Shown here piece after piece: positions 39,215 through 52,556 of a stretch of DNA of 64,000 nucleotides. The stretch covers positions 95,542,001 to 95,606,000 of the forward strand of contig OX597824.1 of NCBI GenBank assembly GCA_951406725.2. The letters are read 5' to 3'. The stretch comes from Octopus vulgaris. Lineage: Eukaryota. The translations under genes and the position numbers were made by a program. Under the pieces are notes generated by a model. The model did no database searches and was not told the origin of the DNA. It saw only the letters and a program-made list of their open reading frames with translations. Numbering within the stretch: position 1 is the stretch's first letter; each line of letters starts with the position of its first letter.

Positions 39215-39450
39215 TGTGTACAGTGCTCAGGTGCACTACAACTCATCTAAAGTGTATATATAATCAGGTGTAGTTTCGGCGGATTTCGGAAAGCATGAGG
39301 GCCTTAAAGGATGCAGTGTCATGGCAGTCAACAACTGACGCAGGCAGTTTATTCCATGCTTCAGCAACTCTGAGCATGAAAAAATGTTTCCGAAAATTAA
39401 TGGGAGCTGTGTTGTTTTCTGACTTTGTAGGCATGTCAACGTGTGTTAGT
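39213..39450 (-). mobile_element. CR1-clade LINE 3' end with (ATT)n tail
   Basis: FRKHFFMLRVAEAWNKLPASVV...SFK motif. Confidence 0.75.
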
Positions 39451-40178
39451 GGTTATAGACAAAAATTCCATACATGACCAACACTCAGGATATTAGTATT
39501 ACTATGCTTAAATAAAAAACTGAAATATATATGTATACATACACACAAACACACACACATGGATATATATATTTGTGTGTGTGTACATGCGGGTGTGTGT
39601 GTATATCATCATCATTATATATATATATATATACACACATATATTCTTAGAAAATTTACAGTGGTAATAGTGTCTTTTGACGTCTATTTTTATAGTGCAT
39701 AGTGATACGTAAGCCAAGCCCTTGTTATAATTATAATATATACACACGCACATTCAAATGATGGGCTTCCACATAGTATCCAAGGTGACATTTATGCATT
39801 CAACCTCACAATGTGATCCAAAATCTCCCTCAACAAACATCCAAGCAGTTCTTTAGAATGTGACAAAAACCCCCATTCCTAAATTCTTTAACTTAGATTG
39901 CCCTGTCCATGGCTTGAATAATTAATAAATGATAATGGTCAACTCAGAGATGTTGTTGTTTAATCAAAGGCTTTCCAGCCATGACAACCCTATCTGTTTC
40001 TCAGGGTTTCAAGAAGAACATTATTTCATATGTTCTCTTTTTTTTTAATCGATAGGGTGTGATTGGAAGGAAATGCAACTGTTATTTTTAGCAGGTCAGA
40101 TACCTTTCATATTAGTTCAACAACTCATAATTGTTGTTTAGCCCCAGGTTAGTTATGATTAAGCAGACCTATCATTAA

Positions 40179-40397
40179 CCCTTTTAATACCAACCCACCT
40201 GAAACTGCCCTAGCTCTGTAGTATAAATGTCTTGTTTTCATAAGTTTTGAATTAAAATCTTCCCCAAAACCTTAGTCATAATTTATGTTCCTAACACTGG
40301 GTTAATGATTACTAAGTTATTTTACTAAATTCTTTCTTACATTTAAAATTAATTGAAAGACACAGAGCTTCTCAAAATAAATATGGTAATGAAAGGG
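40179..40397. mobile_element. piggyBac-like MITE (second partial copy ~43400-43620)
   Basis: TTAA|CCCTTT ... AAAGGG|TCAA ends; similar internal sequence at 43400-43620. Confidence 0.65.
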
Positions 40398-41254
40398 TCA
40401 AAGGTGTTCCAGATGTGACCCTGGTTTTGTAGAAAGAAACAACATTATCTAATGGACCCAAACAATCCCTCACATTAAATATAACCAACACAGAAGTTGC
40501 TATCATTCTGTTTCTTTTTCCTTTGGTCAAACTAGAATAATTGTCTTTAACCATCGTTTCCTCTCTACCACATTCTTATGAATACCAACTTTCTTCTTCT
40601 GCTTCTAATGAAATCGTTTCTTACTGGTATCACATCAACAAGTCCAGTTTAACCTTTTGATAAATAAAAACCAATAAAATAAGTAAGCAACAGAAACGAT
40701 TGACTGGAAGCTCTTGAGGATTATGCTCCAGCATGGCCAGAATCTAATAACTGAAACCAGAAGAAGAAATATTTATATGAAGACATGCAGGCTGCCACAA
40801 GAGCATGCAAAATGTAGAGTTGGAATTTGTATATATATCTCAAGGTATGTGAGTATGTATGGCTTAGAAAGTGCTTATCACTGATGTAGCTGAAATTTCT
40901 TGGACACCTGACTTTGAACTTATGCTGTGTCATATGACAGCCACAACGGTTCATCATCATATGATGACACACAACAAAGATATACCTTTGTAGATTGTTT
41001 AACATATTAAAGAAAGATAACCAGGAACGTGTCAGTTATTTTAACAAGATAGCTGCATACGGCATTACTAGAGGGAGATGCTAACTATTGTTCTGTAGGC
41101 ATGGCTGTGTGTGATAAGAAGGTTACTTCTCAACCACATGGTTCCGGGTTCAGTCCCACTGCATGGCACCTTGGGCAAGTGTCTTCCACTATAGCCTCAG
41201 GTCAACCAAAGTTTTGTGAGTGGATTTGGTAGACAGAAACTGAAAGACGTCCAT

Positions 41255-41306
<52 letters not shown>

Positions 41307-44300
41307 TACATACACACACACACACAAATTTCTTTGTTTTGTAGTTAGAACATAAGTGTCTCAGTGTCCTTCTTTGGCATCAGTTATATTCCATTGGCGC
41401 TAGAAGAAGAGGATTAGTTGGACGTTAGTCTCGTATTGAAAACTTAAAGAATCTCATTTAAACTATGGCATCTGTATAATGGGAGGATTAAAAGACACAA
41501 TACTTTGTAAATTGTGCAGAATGTAAAAGGGATTAGCATTATCTTGTCTAAATTAATAAATCTAGCAAGCTTTGTATAATAAGGAATAAGTGCTAGCATG
41601 GCTGTGTGGTTTAAGAAGCTTGCTTTCTAGCTGTGTGGTTTCAAGTTCAATCCCTCTGCGCAGCACTTTATGCAAGTGTTTTTCTACTGTGGCTCCAGGC
41701 TTTTACTTGTTTCAGTCATTGGAGTGTGGCCATGCTGGGGCACCACCTTAAAGGAGCCAAACGACCCTGGAACTTGCTGTTTGCAGAGTATGTGGTACTT
41801 GTTCTACTGGCCGCTTTCATCAAAACATTAAATTTAGTGGATGTAAACAAACAAACACTGGTTGTCAAGCAGTGGCAGGGTGGGTGTGTGGCAAACACAG
41901 ACACAAAACCCAGCAGATTCACACGTGACAAAACACTAATTGCTGTGTTCATAACATTCGATTTCATTAACGCAAGGGACAAGGCTGGCCCCTTTGACTT
42001 ACTGGTGCAATGTGAAATAAAGTGTCTTGCTCAAGGACAAACTGCACTGCTGGGAACTGAACTCACGACCGCATGATCATGAGCCAAACACCCTAACCCC
42101 TAAGCCATGTGCCTTCACCAGAATTATTAGCACATTGGACAGAATAGTTAGGTTAAGTTAAGCCTTTTGCTCTTTACGGAGCATAGGGCATCAAGGACTT
42201 TTCCCTTGATTCTGGGCTGTCTTCTTCTCCTCTTCCAGGTCTTGTTGGCTTTGAATTGTCATTGATGCTTTTTTTCTAGGTAGGGCTGTTGCAAAGGGCT
42301 CTATGCAACCCCATTTTTACCTCTGGTAAGAGGTGGTCTCTATTAGCCTGGCCACTATCCTTTGACCTGTCCAGCATGGGAGACCCTACCAAGAGGGTAC
42401 ACAGGCTACCACAATGCAACAAGGACTGGGACTCATAGTAGGACCTTTGAATAGGGTTTAGTAACTGGTAACTGAAATAATTTTTGGTCCCGAAGAGGAA
42501 GACCAGTCTTTGTGATGCAGTCCCTGCAATATTGAGGATTTGAAATTGCAGGGAGAGATCTTTAGTGATGATTAAGGTAAAAAATTTGTTAGATGACATT
42601 TTCTCATATATTGCTAAAATAACAAACAGGGTCAAGGGTGGAATGCTTTTCTACCACAAGATCCTATTTCAGTAGCAGTGACCCTGAGAGCTCTGCCAGG
42701 AATGCAAGGTTCTCGTAGGGGTAGGGCCTCTCGTACTGGACAGGTCAAAGGAATAGAGACCACATTAATATGGATCACCTCTTCCCAGAGGTAAAAATGG
42801 GTTTGTGTAGGGCTAACATCTCTACTACTACTACTACTGCTGCTGCTGCTATTACACATGTTATCATCCTGGTGCGTATGTACCATAAACCAACAAAGCA
42901 GTTTCTACTTTCACTCAGTATCCTAGAAATAACAGCCAAATTCGTCTCAAGCCCACACCTTACTTTCTTAAAATGAGAAGGATAGCATCAGATAATGTGG
43001 AGTCCTGGACTGGATGCACATTGCCTGAAAATAAGGTGAGATGGCCACAACTGAATCTTGTTTTGATCACAGGTCTGCTTGGTCAGAGCTGACTTGGTGC
43101 TAAACAAATGTAGCATCCACTACTACCACCACCACCACCACATAATGTTCATATCTTGTACTGCTGCTGCTACTACTACTACTACCTCTACTAGACCGCT
43201 GCTGCTGTGACCACCACCATCCAACAAAGAAAACTCTATGTGCCAACTTGTCTTGTTAGAAATAGCAGCCAAATCTCTTTCAACTCAAATGATTATCTTT
43301 AAAAAAAGAATGCATTCTTTACCATCATTGAAAAAAATACAAATTCTCTTGTGCTAAGTGTTCAGGGTCACAGAGTTCATAACTCTTCAAAACAGTACTT
43401 TAACCCTTTCAATACCAACCCTGGCTGAAACCAGCTCTGGCTCTGAGGTACAAATGTCTTGTTTCCTTAAGTTCTGAATGAAAATCTTCCACCAAACCTT
43501 AGTCACAATTCATGTTCTTAACACCAGCTGAAAGATAACTAAGTTATTTTACTAAATTCTTTGTTATATTTAAAATTAATTGAATGAAACACAGAACATC
43601 TCAACAGAATATATGGTGATACCAACTGGTGTAAGAATGCCTCTACCTAGTTCTTTGATAAAAAAAAAAAAAACTGTCCATTTTAAAGGTATTATATTCA
43701 GGTGCAGCCCTAGCAAGGTACGGGTGTGGCTGTGTGGATGAGCGGTTTGCTTTCTAACCATGTGGTCTATGACTCAATCACTGTTCACTTCCCGTGCAGT
43801 ATTCTAAGTAATGTACATGCACTTTTGGCTACTTTTTCTGATGAGTCATAGTACACCTGAGCACTGTATTTGATAAGTTCATCATTATTATTATTACAGA
43901 GCATTGGGCCTCATGGAAGCAAAGTGGCTGAGTTTCTTTTGAACGTTGGGCCTCACGGAAGCAATGACTGAGGCCTTTGGCATTATGCTGTGCTTGAGAA
44001 GAAGACCCATCAAGCCAACCAAAATCGCAGTTGTGGCAGATACTGGTGTCACACAAATGGCGCCCATTACACTCTTGGAGTGGTTGGTGTTAGGAAGGGC
44101 ATCCAGGTGTAGAAACACTGCCAGATCAGACTGGAATCTGGTGCAGCCTTCCAGCTTACCAGCCCCAGTCAAACTGACCAACCCATGCCAGCATGGACAA
44201 TGGACGTTAAATGATAATGATGAAGATGATGACGATGGTGGCAGGGATATTAGAATTTGAGCCTGTCTATTTTTATTGACAAGTCAGAGACGTTAGGGTA

Positions 44301-44678
44301 GCACCCATGACCCTTTACTTTACAAGATTCCCAAGACTGACAGGAGGATCTTCAAAACAGACACTCGACTCAAACACTTACAGCAAAGTAAATTCTACTT
44401 AAGTCCCACAAGGACCAAGCAGTGGTTGTAAACTGAGAAACATTTCAAGTCCATCACCCAAGAACTCAAGAATATAGAAAGCCAGAACAAATACCAAAGG
44501 GCATCTTGTCTGATGCCCTAACAACCGTTTACCCTATGCTGGAACCTTTTCTCTCAACCCTGACTGGAGGAAAAACAACCCATTAGTTGTTTCCTGTTAA
44601 CCTCTATGCTCCCCATCTGCTTATTCTAAGCATCTATGGAAATGATAAACTAAATAGTCACTACGAATGCCTCCAGCC

Positions 44679-45320
44679 CAGTAGTTCTCAACTGGGGTCT
44701 GCATGACACTTGGTGGGATCCATGACATGGGTTTTGTTGTTAAAGTTAATGAACAATGAATTGGTTATATATCAACAATGCACAAAATATTTCAATTTTT
44801 TAAAATACAATTCTTAATAGGCGCAGGAGTGGCTGTGTGGTAAGTAGCTTGCTTACCAACCACATGGTTCTGAGTTCAGTCCCACTGTGTGGCACCTTGG
44901 GCAAGTATCTTCTACTATAACCTCAGGCCGACAAAAGCCTTGTGAGTGGATTTGGTAGACGGAAACTGAAAGAAGCCCTTCGTGTTTATATATATGTGTG
45001 TGTGTGTCTGTGTTTGTCCCCCCAACATCGCTTGACAACCGATGCTGGTGTGTTTACGTCCCCGTAACTTAGCGGTTCGGCAAAAGAGACCGATAGAATA
45101 AGTACTAGGCTTACAAAGAATAAGTCCTGGGGTCGATTTGCTCGACTAAAAGGCAGTGCTCCAGCATGGCCACAGTCAAATGACTGAAACAAGTAAAAGA
45201 GTAAAAGAGAATATTTAATTATGAAAATATGATAGGATTTTTTTTTTTTAACATTGGGGACCAGTAGAGTGAAATAGCAATAAAAGGGGTCCATAGATAA
45301 AAAACGTTTGAGAACCACTG
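44679..45320. mobile_element. hAT MITE containing a full family A SINE
   Basis: CAGTAGTTCTCAA ... TTGAGAACCACTG inverted ends; SINE at 44820-45210. Confidence 0.65.
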
Positions 45321-46529
45321 CAGCCCAACCAATGGATCTCATTATCTCCATGTAAGCAGGTTATAAGCATGTGTGGTACACCATATCTGTCTGTTGCCTC
45401 ACATTGTCTTTTGTCTTAAGGACTAGGCACACACTTCCATTGTATGTACCTAGTCCTCTGTCCAGGTTGATAGAAACGACACCATTCCATGCACTGGCCA
45501 GAGCCTCTTCCAATAGTTATTTTGGCAATATAGATATGTTACTTTACTCCTTGACTCTTTCTGGGAATATTCCTTGAGCAAGAACATACTAACTTTTGTA
45601 ACATATTTCTCTCACATTTTTTAGCTTTAATCTTTTAGCCAGTTTATGTCCAGTGGTTCGTTTTTGGCTGATGACACTGGCAAAGTTAGGATTAAAATTC
45701 TTGGGTCTCAAAGTACAGATGTCTGTTTTTGAATACATGTCTATCTACAAAAGTGTTCTGCATAAAAAATAAATATGTAAAGTTCTTTGTACCGCATCCT
45801 GCCAAACAGGGCAAAAGGTTCCTCACCTCTCTATGTAATGGGGTCAACAAAAACACAACATAAAAAGCATCCATTTTAGAAAGTGATCCAATATCTTCTT
45901 TTTGTGAAATTCATAAGCTTGTAAAAGACATGTCTACCACAGGCAACTCGAAGCTAATAACAATAGTAACAATAATAATATATAACTGTAGCAATAATCT
46001 AATTTGAATGTCTAATAAACAATATGCAATTACACATACAAACATGCACAAGGAAAACAAAGAACTAATAAAAATAATAGGGTGAGAGAGAAAGGGCAGA
46101 GTGGATATTTCCATCTAAATTTTCTGGTTGATGTGAAAAATGACATAAAAAAAGGACTGAAAAAGGAAATGCAAGCATTCATATCAGCAAAAAGGTTGAC
46201 ATCAAAATTTAGGTGTTGCATTCCAGAAAAGTATCAAAAAACTAGGAATAAAAAAAAAAGAAGAAAACTGCATTGAGGTGTACATTGTCAAAATATTGTT
46301 AATCCTTACATAAAAAATCTGGGAAAGTATCAGGAAATCACCTACCGGATATCTCTGGAATAAATAAATGTTAAAAGAACCATATGAAAACAGAGAGAGA
46401 GAATGAAAGACGCAGGGAGACGGAATATAAACGTGGAAATGGTTTTTTTTTTTTTTTTAAATGCAGGGAGCTTTTTAATAGATACATCAATTCCACTGTA
46501 TAACTACTTAAGAGAATAGTAATTATACA

Positions 46530-46740
46530 GGACTGTTATTTGATAGAACAGCTATCCCACAAAACAGCTATTTGACGGAACAAATATCCCACAAAAGAGC
46601 AATTTGATAGAACTATCCCACAAAATAGCTATTTGATGGAAGAACTATCCCACAAAATAGCTATTTGATGGAAGAACTATCCCACAAGACAGCAATTTGA
46701 GAGAATAGATAACCCCATAGTACAAATATCTGACAGAACG
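46530..46740 (+). repeat. ~32-bp minisatellite, ~6 copies
   Basis: Unit GCTATTTGATGGAAGAACTATCCCACAAAATA. Confidence 0.85.
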
Positions 46741-46769
46741 GCAGCATCATGGTACCCTTAAATCAAAAT

Positions 46770-47158
46770 CGATGACTGGCATCCGTCCTAGTAGGGTGCT
46801 AAGAGCACCATCCAAGCATGATCCAAGCACCATCCAAGCCAGAGTGGCTAATTGGCTTCTATGCCAGTGGCACATAAAAAGCACCATTCGAGTGTGATCG
46901 TTACCAGCGTCACCTTACTGGCACTTGTGCCCGTGCTAGTAGGGTGCCAAGAGCACCATCCGAGCATGATCGTTGCCAAAGCAGCCAACTGGCTTCCGTG
47001 TCGGTGGCACATAAATGGCAACATTTGAGCGTGATCGTTACCAGCGTCGCCTTACTGGCACCTGTGCTGGTGGCATGTGTAAAAAGATTCGAGCAAGGTC
47101 GTTGCCAGTACCACCTGACTGGTGGCACGTAAAAAGCACCCACTACACTCTTGGAGTG
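46770..47158 (+). mobile_element. RTE 3'-UTR fragment with internal duplications
   Basis: GGTGGCACRTAAAAAGCACC units as in the 27720-27950 RTE UTR. Similar RTE tails at ~43890-44235, 50240-50633, 62625-62890(-), 63255-63500(-). Confidence 0.7.
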
Positions 47159-47817
47159 CGCGCAGTGGGACTGAACTTGGAACCATGTGGTTGGCAAGCA
47201 AGCTACTTACCACACAGCCACTCCTGCGCCTATAAATTGTTTCCAAACCATCTATCTGTCTATATATAGACAGACAGATGGTGGCCTAGTGGTTAGGGTT
47301 AGGAGCCCTTCTTCAAGGAATTTATGGAGAAAAGGTGTTGAGAGCTGATTTCATTTGTTATAACTTGCTTTGTTTAGGCTTTAAAAAAATATTTAAAACA
47401 TACAATTATGTGTGTGTGTGTGCACGCATTAATATATCCCCTTGCCTTGACATCACGTGATGTTTGCAAACGAGCATCACTATCATACGAATGATGTTGC
47501 TTGCCTGGCTATTGGGGGAATATTACGTTGCTTGGAAACAGGTGAGGGTTGGTGACAGCAAGGGCATCCAGCTGTTGGAAACCTGCCTCAACAAATTCCG
47601 TCTGACCCATACAAGGATGGAAAAGTGGACTTTAAATGATGATGATGACAATGAATATATTTCTCTCCTGATAAAGCCTTCTTTAAGCTATATGATGTAA
47701 AACAGTTGTCTTTAGAGAAGAGAAAAATTTCAAATAGAAAAAAGTGAAATATGAACTCCTGGTATTCTCTGCCATTCTTCCTGGCAGTTCTTATTATGTA
47801 TGATGGTTGGTTTACAT

Positions 47818-48058
47818 CAGTGCTTTTCAACCTTTTTGCTGGAGCGGAACCCCAAGGAAACATTCCACTGGCTCGAGGAACCCCTGTGCAATAATTTAAT
47901 TGTCTTATGCACACATACCTGCACAGGAGAATTAAAAATTACTGCTGATTTTAGCAGTTTTGTAATTTCTTGCGGAACCCCTGGACTGTACTGACGGAAC
48001 CCTAAGGTTCTGCGGAACCCCTGGACTGTACTGGCGGAACCCTGGTTGAAAACCACTG
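47818..48058. mobile_element. hAT MITE with perfect 8-bp TSD
   Basis: TIR CAGTGCTTTTCAACC / GGTTGAAAACCACTG; TSD GTTTACAT at 47810-47817 and 48059-48066; internal GCGGAACCC repeats. Confidence 0.9.
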
Positions 48059-49749
48059 GTTTACATCAATCACCAACGACGACGGGGTACAGGCAGTGGT
48101 GGTTGGCTGTCGTGACAAGGGGAACAACTCGCTTGGGTCTATTGTGTATCATTACACAGCAACAGAAAGGAGATGACTGGAAGCAGTGGAAAGATGCTAA
48201 CGATTTGGCACGGCCGACTGGACATTCAGCGTGTTATTGGTAGAGGTGCATGGCTCAGTGGTTAGAGCATCGAGCTTACGATCGTTAGGTTGTGAGTTCG
48301 AATCCCGGACCGGGCTGCGTGTTGTGTTCTTGAGCGAGACACTTTATTTTACGCTGCTCCAGTTCACTCAGCTGTAGAAATGAGTTGTGACATCACTGAT
48401 GCCAACCTGTATTGGCCCCTTTGCCTTTCCCTTGGATAACACTGGTGGCATGAACAGGGGAGGCCGGTATGCATGGGCGACTGCTGGTCTTCCATAAACA
48501 ACCTTGCTCGGACTTGTGCCTGGGAAGGGAACTTTATAGGTGCAATCCCATGGTCAGTCATGACCGAAGGGGGTCTCAACTATGTGGTGCCAGACACACA
48601 CACACACACACATACAGACAGAAAAAATGAGAGAGAGATATAAAGATTTATTAATTGAACACAGTTGCTGTGGTAAGAAGCTTGTTTCCCAATCACATCT
48701 TTCCTTGTTCAGTCCCACTGCACGGCATCTCGGGCGAGTTGTCTTCTACTATAGCCTTGGGCCAACCAATGCCTTGTGAGTGAATTTGGTTGACGGAAAC
48801 TGAAAGAAGCCCGCCGTATATATATATACGTGTGTGTGTGTGTGCGCGCGTTTACGTCCCCGTAAGTTAGCGGTTCGGCAAAAGACACCGATAGGATAAG
48901 CACTAGGCTTACAAAGAATAAGTCCTGGGGTCGATTTGTTCGACTAAAGGCGGTGCTCCAGCATGGCCGCAGTCAAGTGACTGAAGCAAGTGAAAGAGAT
49001 ATGAACACTTTCCTTCTAAGACAGAGAGAGATATGCTCACACATAAACAGTGAGAGAGAGGGAGGGAGGCAGAGTGAGAGAGAGAGAGAGAGGGATGGAG
49101 GCAGAGAGAGAGGGGGGAAACAGAGAGAGAGAGGGAGAGAAGAGGGGGAGGGGACGAAACATGAAGTCGTCTGGTACGTTTAAGTCAGCATCGAACCAGT
49201 GATGCCAAAACTAGGCTGAGTCTGCAATCTTGTTCCGGTCGACGGTCGAAGTCAGTTCATTTACACTTTTAAAAAGACACGAAAGCCACAGAACATCTTC
49301 CTCTTCCAAAAAGAAAAGAGAAAATGGGAAACCAAAAAACCCCAGAAAAGTGATCGTCTGGCCCGAATTGAAAGTCAAGTGTCAGTGTAAGGGAGATAAT
49401 TCGTACAGAAGTTGCAAATCTGGACGGAACCTTTTGGACATTCAACACAGTTTAGAGCAAATAAAACTATAAATTTTAAAAAAAAATCCCAGAAGGAATT
49501 CATATATTGTGGTCTATTGATATATAAATCTAAACTACAGAAAATTATTACTGTATTCACTTGAGTATCCTGGCACTCGGTCGATTACGATGACGAGGGT
49601 TCCAGGTGATCCGGTCAACGGAACAGCCTGCTCGTGGAATTAACTCCACAGGCACGTTTACCATTAATCTAGTTCTCGGAGAGATTCAGTGTGACAAGGC
49701 TGGCCCTTTGAAATACAGACATAACAGAAAGTAAGAGCGAGAGAAAGTG

Positions 49750-49850
49750 TACAGCAGGGTTCGCTGCTATTGCTGTGGGCCACAAGATTGATATCAATGA
49801 ATCCACGATTCGTTCCGTTTACAATGCATGTGGATAATTCTGATGATGGG
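49750..49850 (+). mobile_element. Tigger/pogo transposase N-terminal HTH remnant
   Basis: AAIAVGHKIDINESTIRSV resembles Tigger AAAVARHFKINESSVRTI. Confidence 0.45.
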
Positions 49851-50179
49851 GAGATGATGCATTTATCCTTGCTTTTCTGGTACCGAACACCTGTGATAAA
49901 TGATGGTAGATGTACCTTATAATATTTCCCTAGCACACCTAGCATATCATAAGGGAACCGTCGTTCACAAATCAATACATTATGTATCAATAATGGCTGT
50001 GACCCTAACGCTAACATGAGATAGAATCTTAAGCAGTGTTCATTCTGGTTCTCTGCATCGTGGTTTCAAATCTCATCAAATCAACTTGGTGCTTACTTTA
50101 AGGAATCAGAAAACATAAAATTCAAAGTTAGTTCTGGCAGGATTCAAACTAAATATCAAAAACTACTGCTTCACCCATC

Positions 50180-51049
50180 TACAAGGTGGTATCGAAAAGT
50201 TCCTGGACTAGTTATGTTTAATAAAAAATATAACTTGTGTATGAGGAGACCTATTGAGTCAAGTACATCAACATCAAAATAAAAATCAAATGGAAATTGT
50301 AGTTGTGATACCTGTGCCGGTAGCACATAAAAAACACCATCCGAATGTGGCCGATGCCAGTGCCGCCTTGACTGGCGTCCGTGCTGGTGGCATGTAAAAA
50401 GCACCAATCAATCGTGGCCATTTGCCAGCCTCCTGGCCCCTGTGCTGGTGGCACGTAAAAAGCACCCACTACACTCACAGAATGGTTGGCGTTAAGACGG
50501 GCATCCAGCTGTAGAAACACTGCCAGATCAAGATTTGAGCCTAGTGCAGCCTCCTGGCTTCCCAGACCCCGGTCGAACCATCCAACCCATGCTAGCATGG
50601 AAAACAGACGTTAAATGATGATGATGATGATGATTTCTGGGGGTGACGCTCACGGCAGGTCTTCAAGATCGCTCATGGTCTTCCATCAATGTTTTTCCGC
50701 TTTTGAAGCACCCATGCCACTTGGAACATCGCATACAACCCATTGCCTCGTTGCCTTAAGCTTGCCACAGCATGCTCAATATCTCTGTAGCAGACTTCCT
50801 AAGTTTAATGCAAAATTTCCCATTAGCTCTTTGTTCCAACTTTCTGTCCCTGACAACAATCATCACAGACTACAGCAGACACATGGTCACAAAAACACAA
50901 ATTTCACAACTTGCAAAGTAAACACAACGATGTCATTCAGCACCTTGTCTCATGAAGGTCACCGCTAGCTCCCTCTAGGCATGCAACCATGTGCTGCCAT
51001 CTGTTGGCATGCTGCAGAATTAGTGTAGGAACTTTTCGATATTACCTTG
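50180..51049. mobile_element. Mariner-like non-autonomous element with nested RTE 3' end
   Basis: TIR CAAGGTGGTATCGAAAAGTTCCT / AGGAACTTTTCGATATTACCTTG; RTE tail at 50240-50633. Confidence 0.7.
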
Positions 51050-51780
51050 AAAATACCCTTTCTTTCCTTATAATATATTGATAAATGACAAAATATAATT
51101 AAATACCTGAACTGTCTTAAAAATTAGAAGCACACCTTATTGAGAATTCTGTCTTAATTCATCTTTAATTCTTTTACTTGTTTCAGTCTTTGGACTGTGG
51201 CCATGCTGGGGCACCACCTTGAAGGATTTTTAGTCAAATGAGTTAACCCCAGCACTTATTTTATTTTTAAAGCCTGGTACTTATTCTATTGGTCTCTTTT
51301 TGCCAAACAGCTAAGTCACAGGAATAAACACATCAAAACCAGTTGCCAAGCAGTGGGGACAAACACAAAGACTATTGTATGAGTGTGCTGGGGCCATGTA
51401 AAAAGCACCTGGTACACTCTGTAAAGTGGTTGGCTGTAGGAAGGGCATCCAGCCATAGAAACCATGCTAAGACAATTAGAGCCTAGTGTGGCTCTCTGGC
51501 TTGCCAGCTCCTGTAAAACTGTCCAACCCATGCCTACATGGTAAACAGGGCATATTAGAACATGTTCTCCCATTCAACATGTATGCAAACAAGATGAAGA
51601 GTTATATATATCTGTGCTGCTTATAAATTACAAGATTTGTTTGTACCCTTAACTGACCCCTGATACTGAATCTGCATTCCACTCATTAGTTGGGCTCAGC
51701 GTCACCTTACTGGCACTTGTGCCGGTGTGCATGCATGCATACATACATACAAAAATACCCTGTTGGTGATGTTGAAATTT

Positions 51781-51914
51781 CATGCATGTATGTATGTATG
51801 TATGTATGTATGTATGTATGTATGTATGTGTGTATGTATGTATGTATGTATGTATGTATGCATGCATGCATGCATGTATGTATGTATGTATGTGTGTGTG
51901 TATGTATGTATGTA

Positions 51915-51945
<31 letters not shown>

Positions 51946-51974
51946 ATGTATGTATGTATGTATGTATGTATGTA

Positions 51975-52006
<32 letters not shown>

Positions 52007-52028
52007 CATGCATGCATGCATGCATGTA

Positions 52029-52059
<31 letters not shown>

Positions 52060-52274
52060 ATGTATGTGTGTATGTATGTATGTATGTATGTATGTATGTA
52101 TGTATGTATGTATGTGTGTGTGTGTATGTATGTATGTATGTATGTGTGTATGTATGCATGTATGTATGTATGTATGCATGTATGTATGTATGTATGTATG
52201 TATGTGTGTATGTATGTATGTATGTGTGTGTGTGTGTATGTATGTATGTGTGTATGTATGTATGTATGTATGTA

Positions 52275-52305
<31 letters not shown>

Positions 52306-52388
52306 ATGTGTGTATGTATGTATGTATGTATGTATGTATGTATGTATGTATGTGTGTGTGTGTATGTATGTATGTATGTATGTATGTA

Positions 52389-52419
<31 letters not shown>

Positions 52420-52556
52420 ATGTATGTATGTATGTATGTATGTATGTATGTATGTATGTGTGTGTGTATGTATGTATGTATGTATGTGTGTATGTATGTA
52501 TGTATGTATGTATGTATGCATGCATGCATGCATGTATGTGTGTGTATGTATGTATG
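51781..52556. repeat. Long (TATG/TG)n compound microsatellite
   Basis: Direct reading. Confidence 0.95.

Noticed and set aside
45350-45900. Coding-like non-repetitive stretch
   Set aside because: Multiple stops in all frames and no motif I can recognise; possibly an old transposon relic.
48243-48315. Apparent tRNA gene (A and B boxes)
   Set aside because: It is the head of SINE family C and continues into the SINE body; the same holds for other SINE heads and the decayed one at ~12625-12680.
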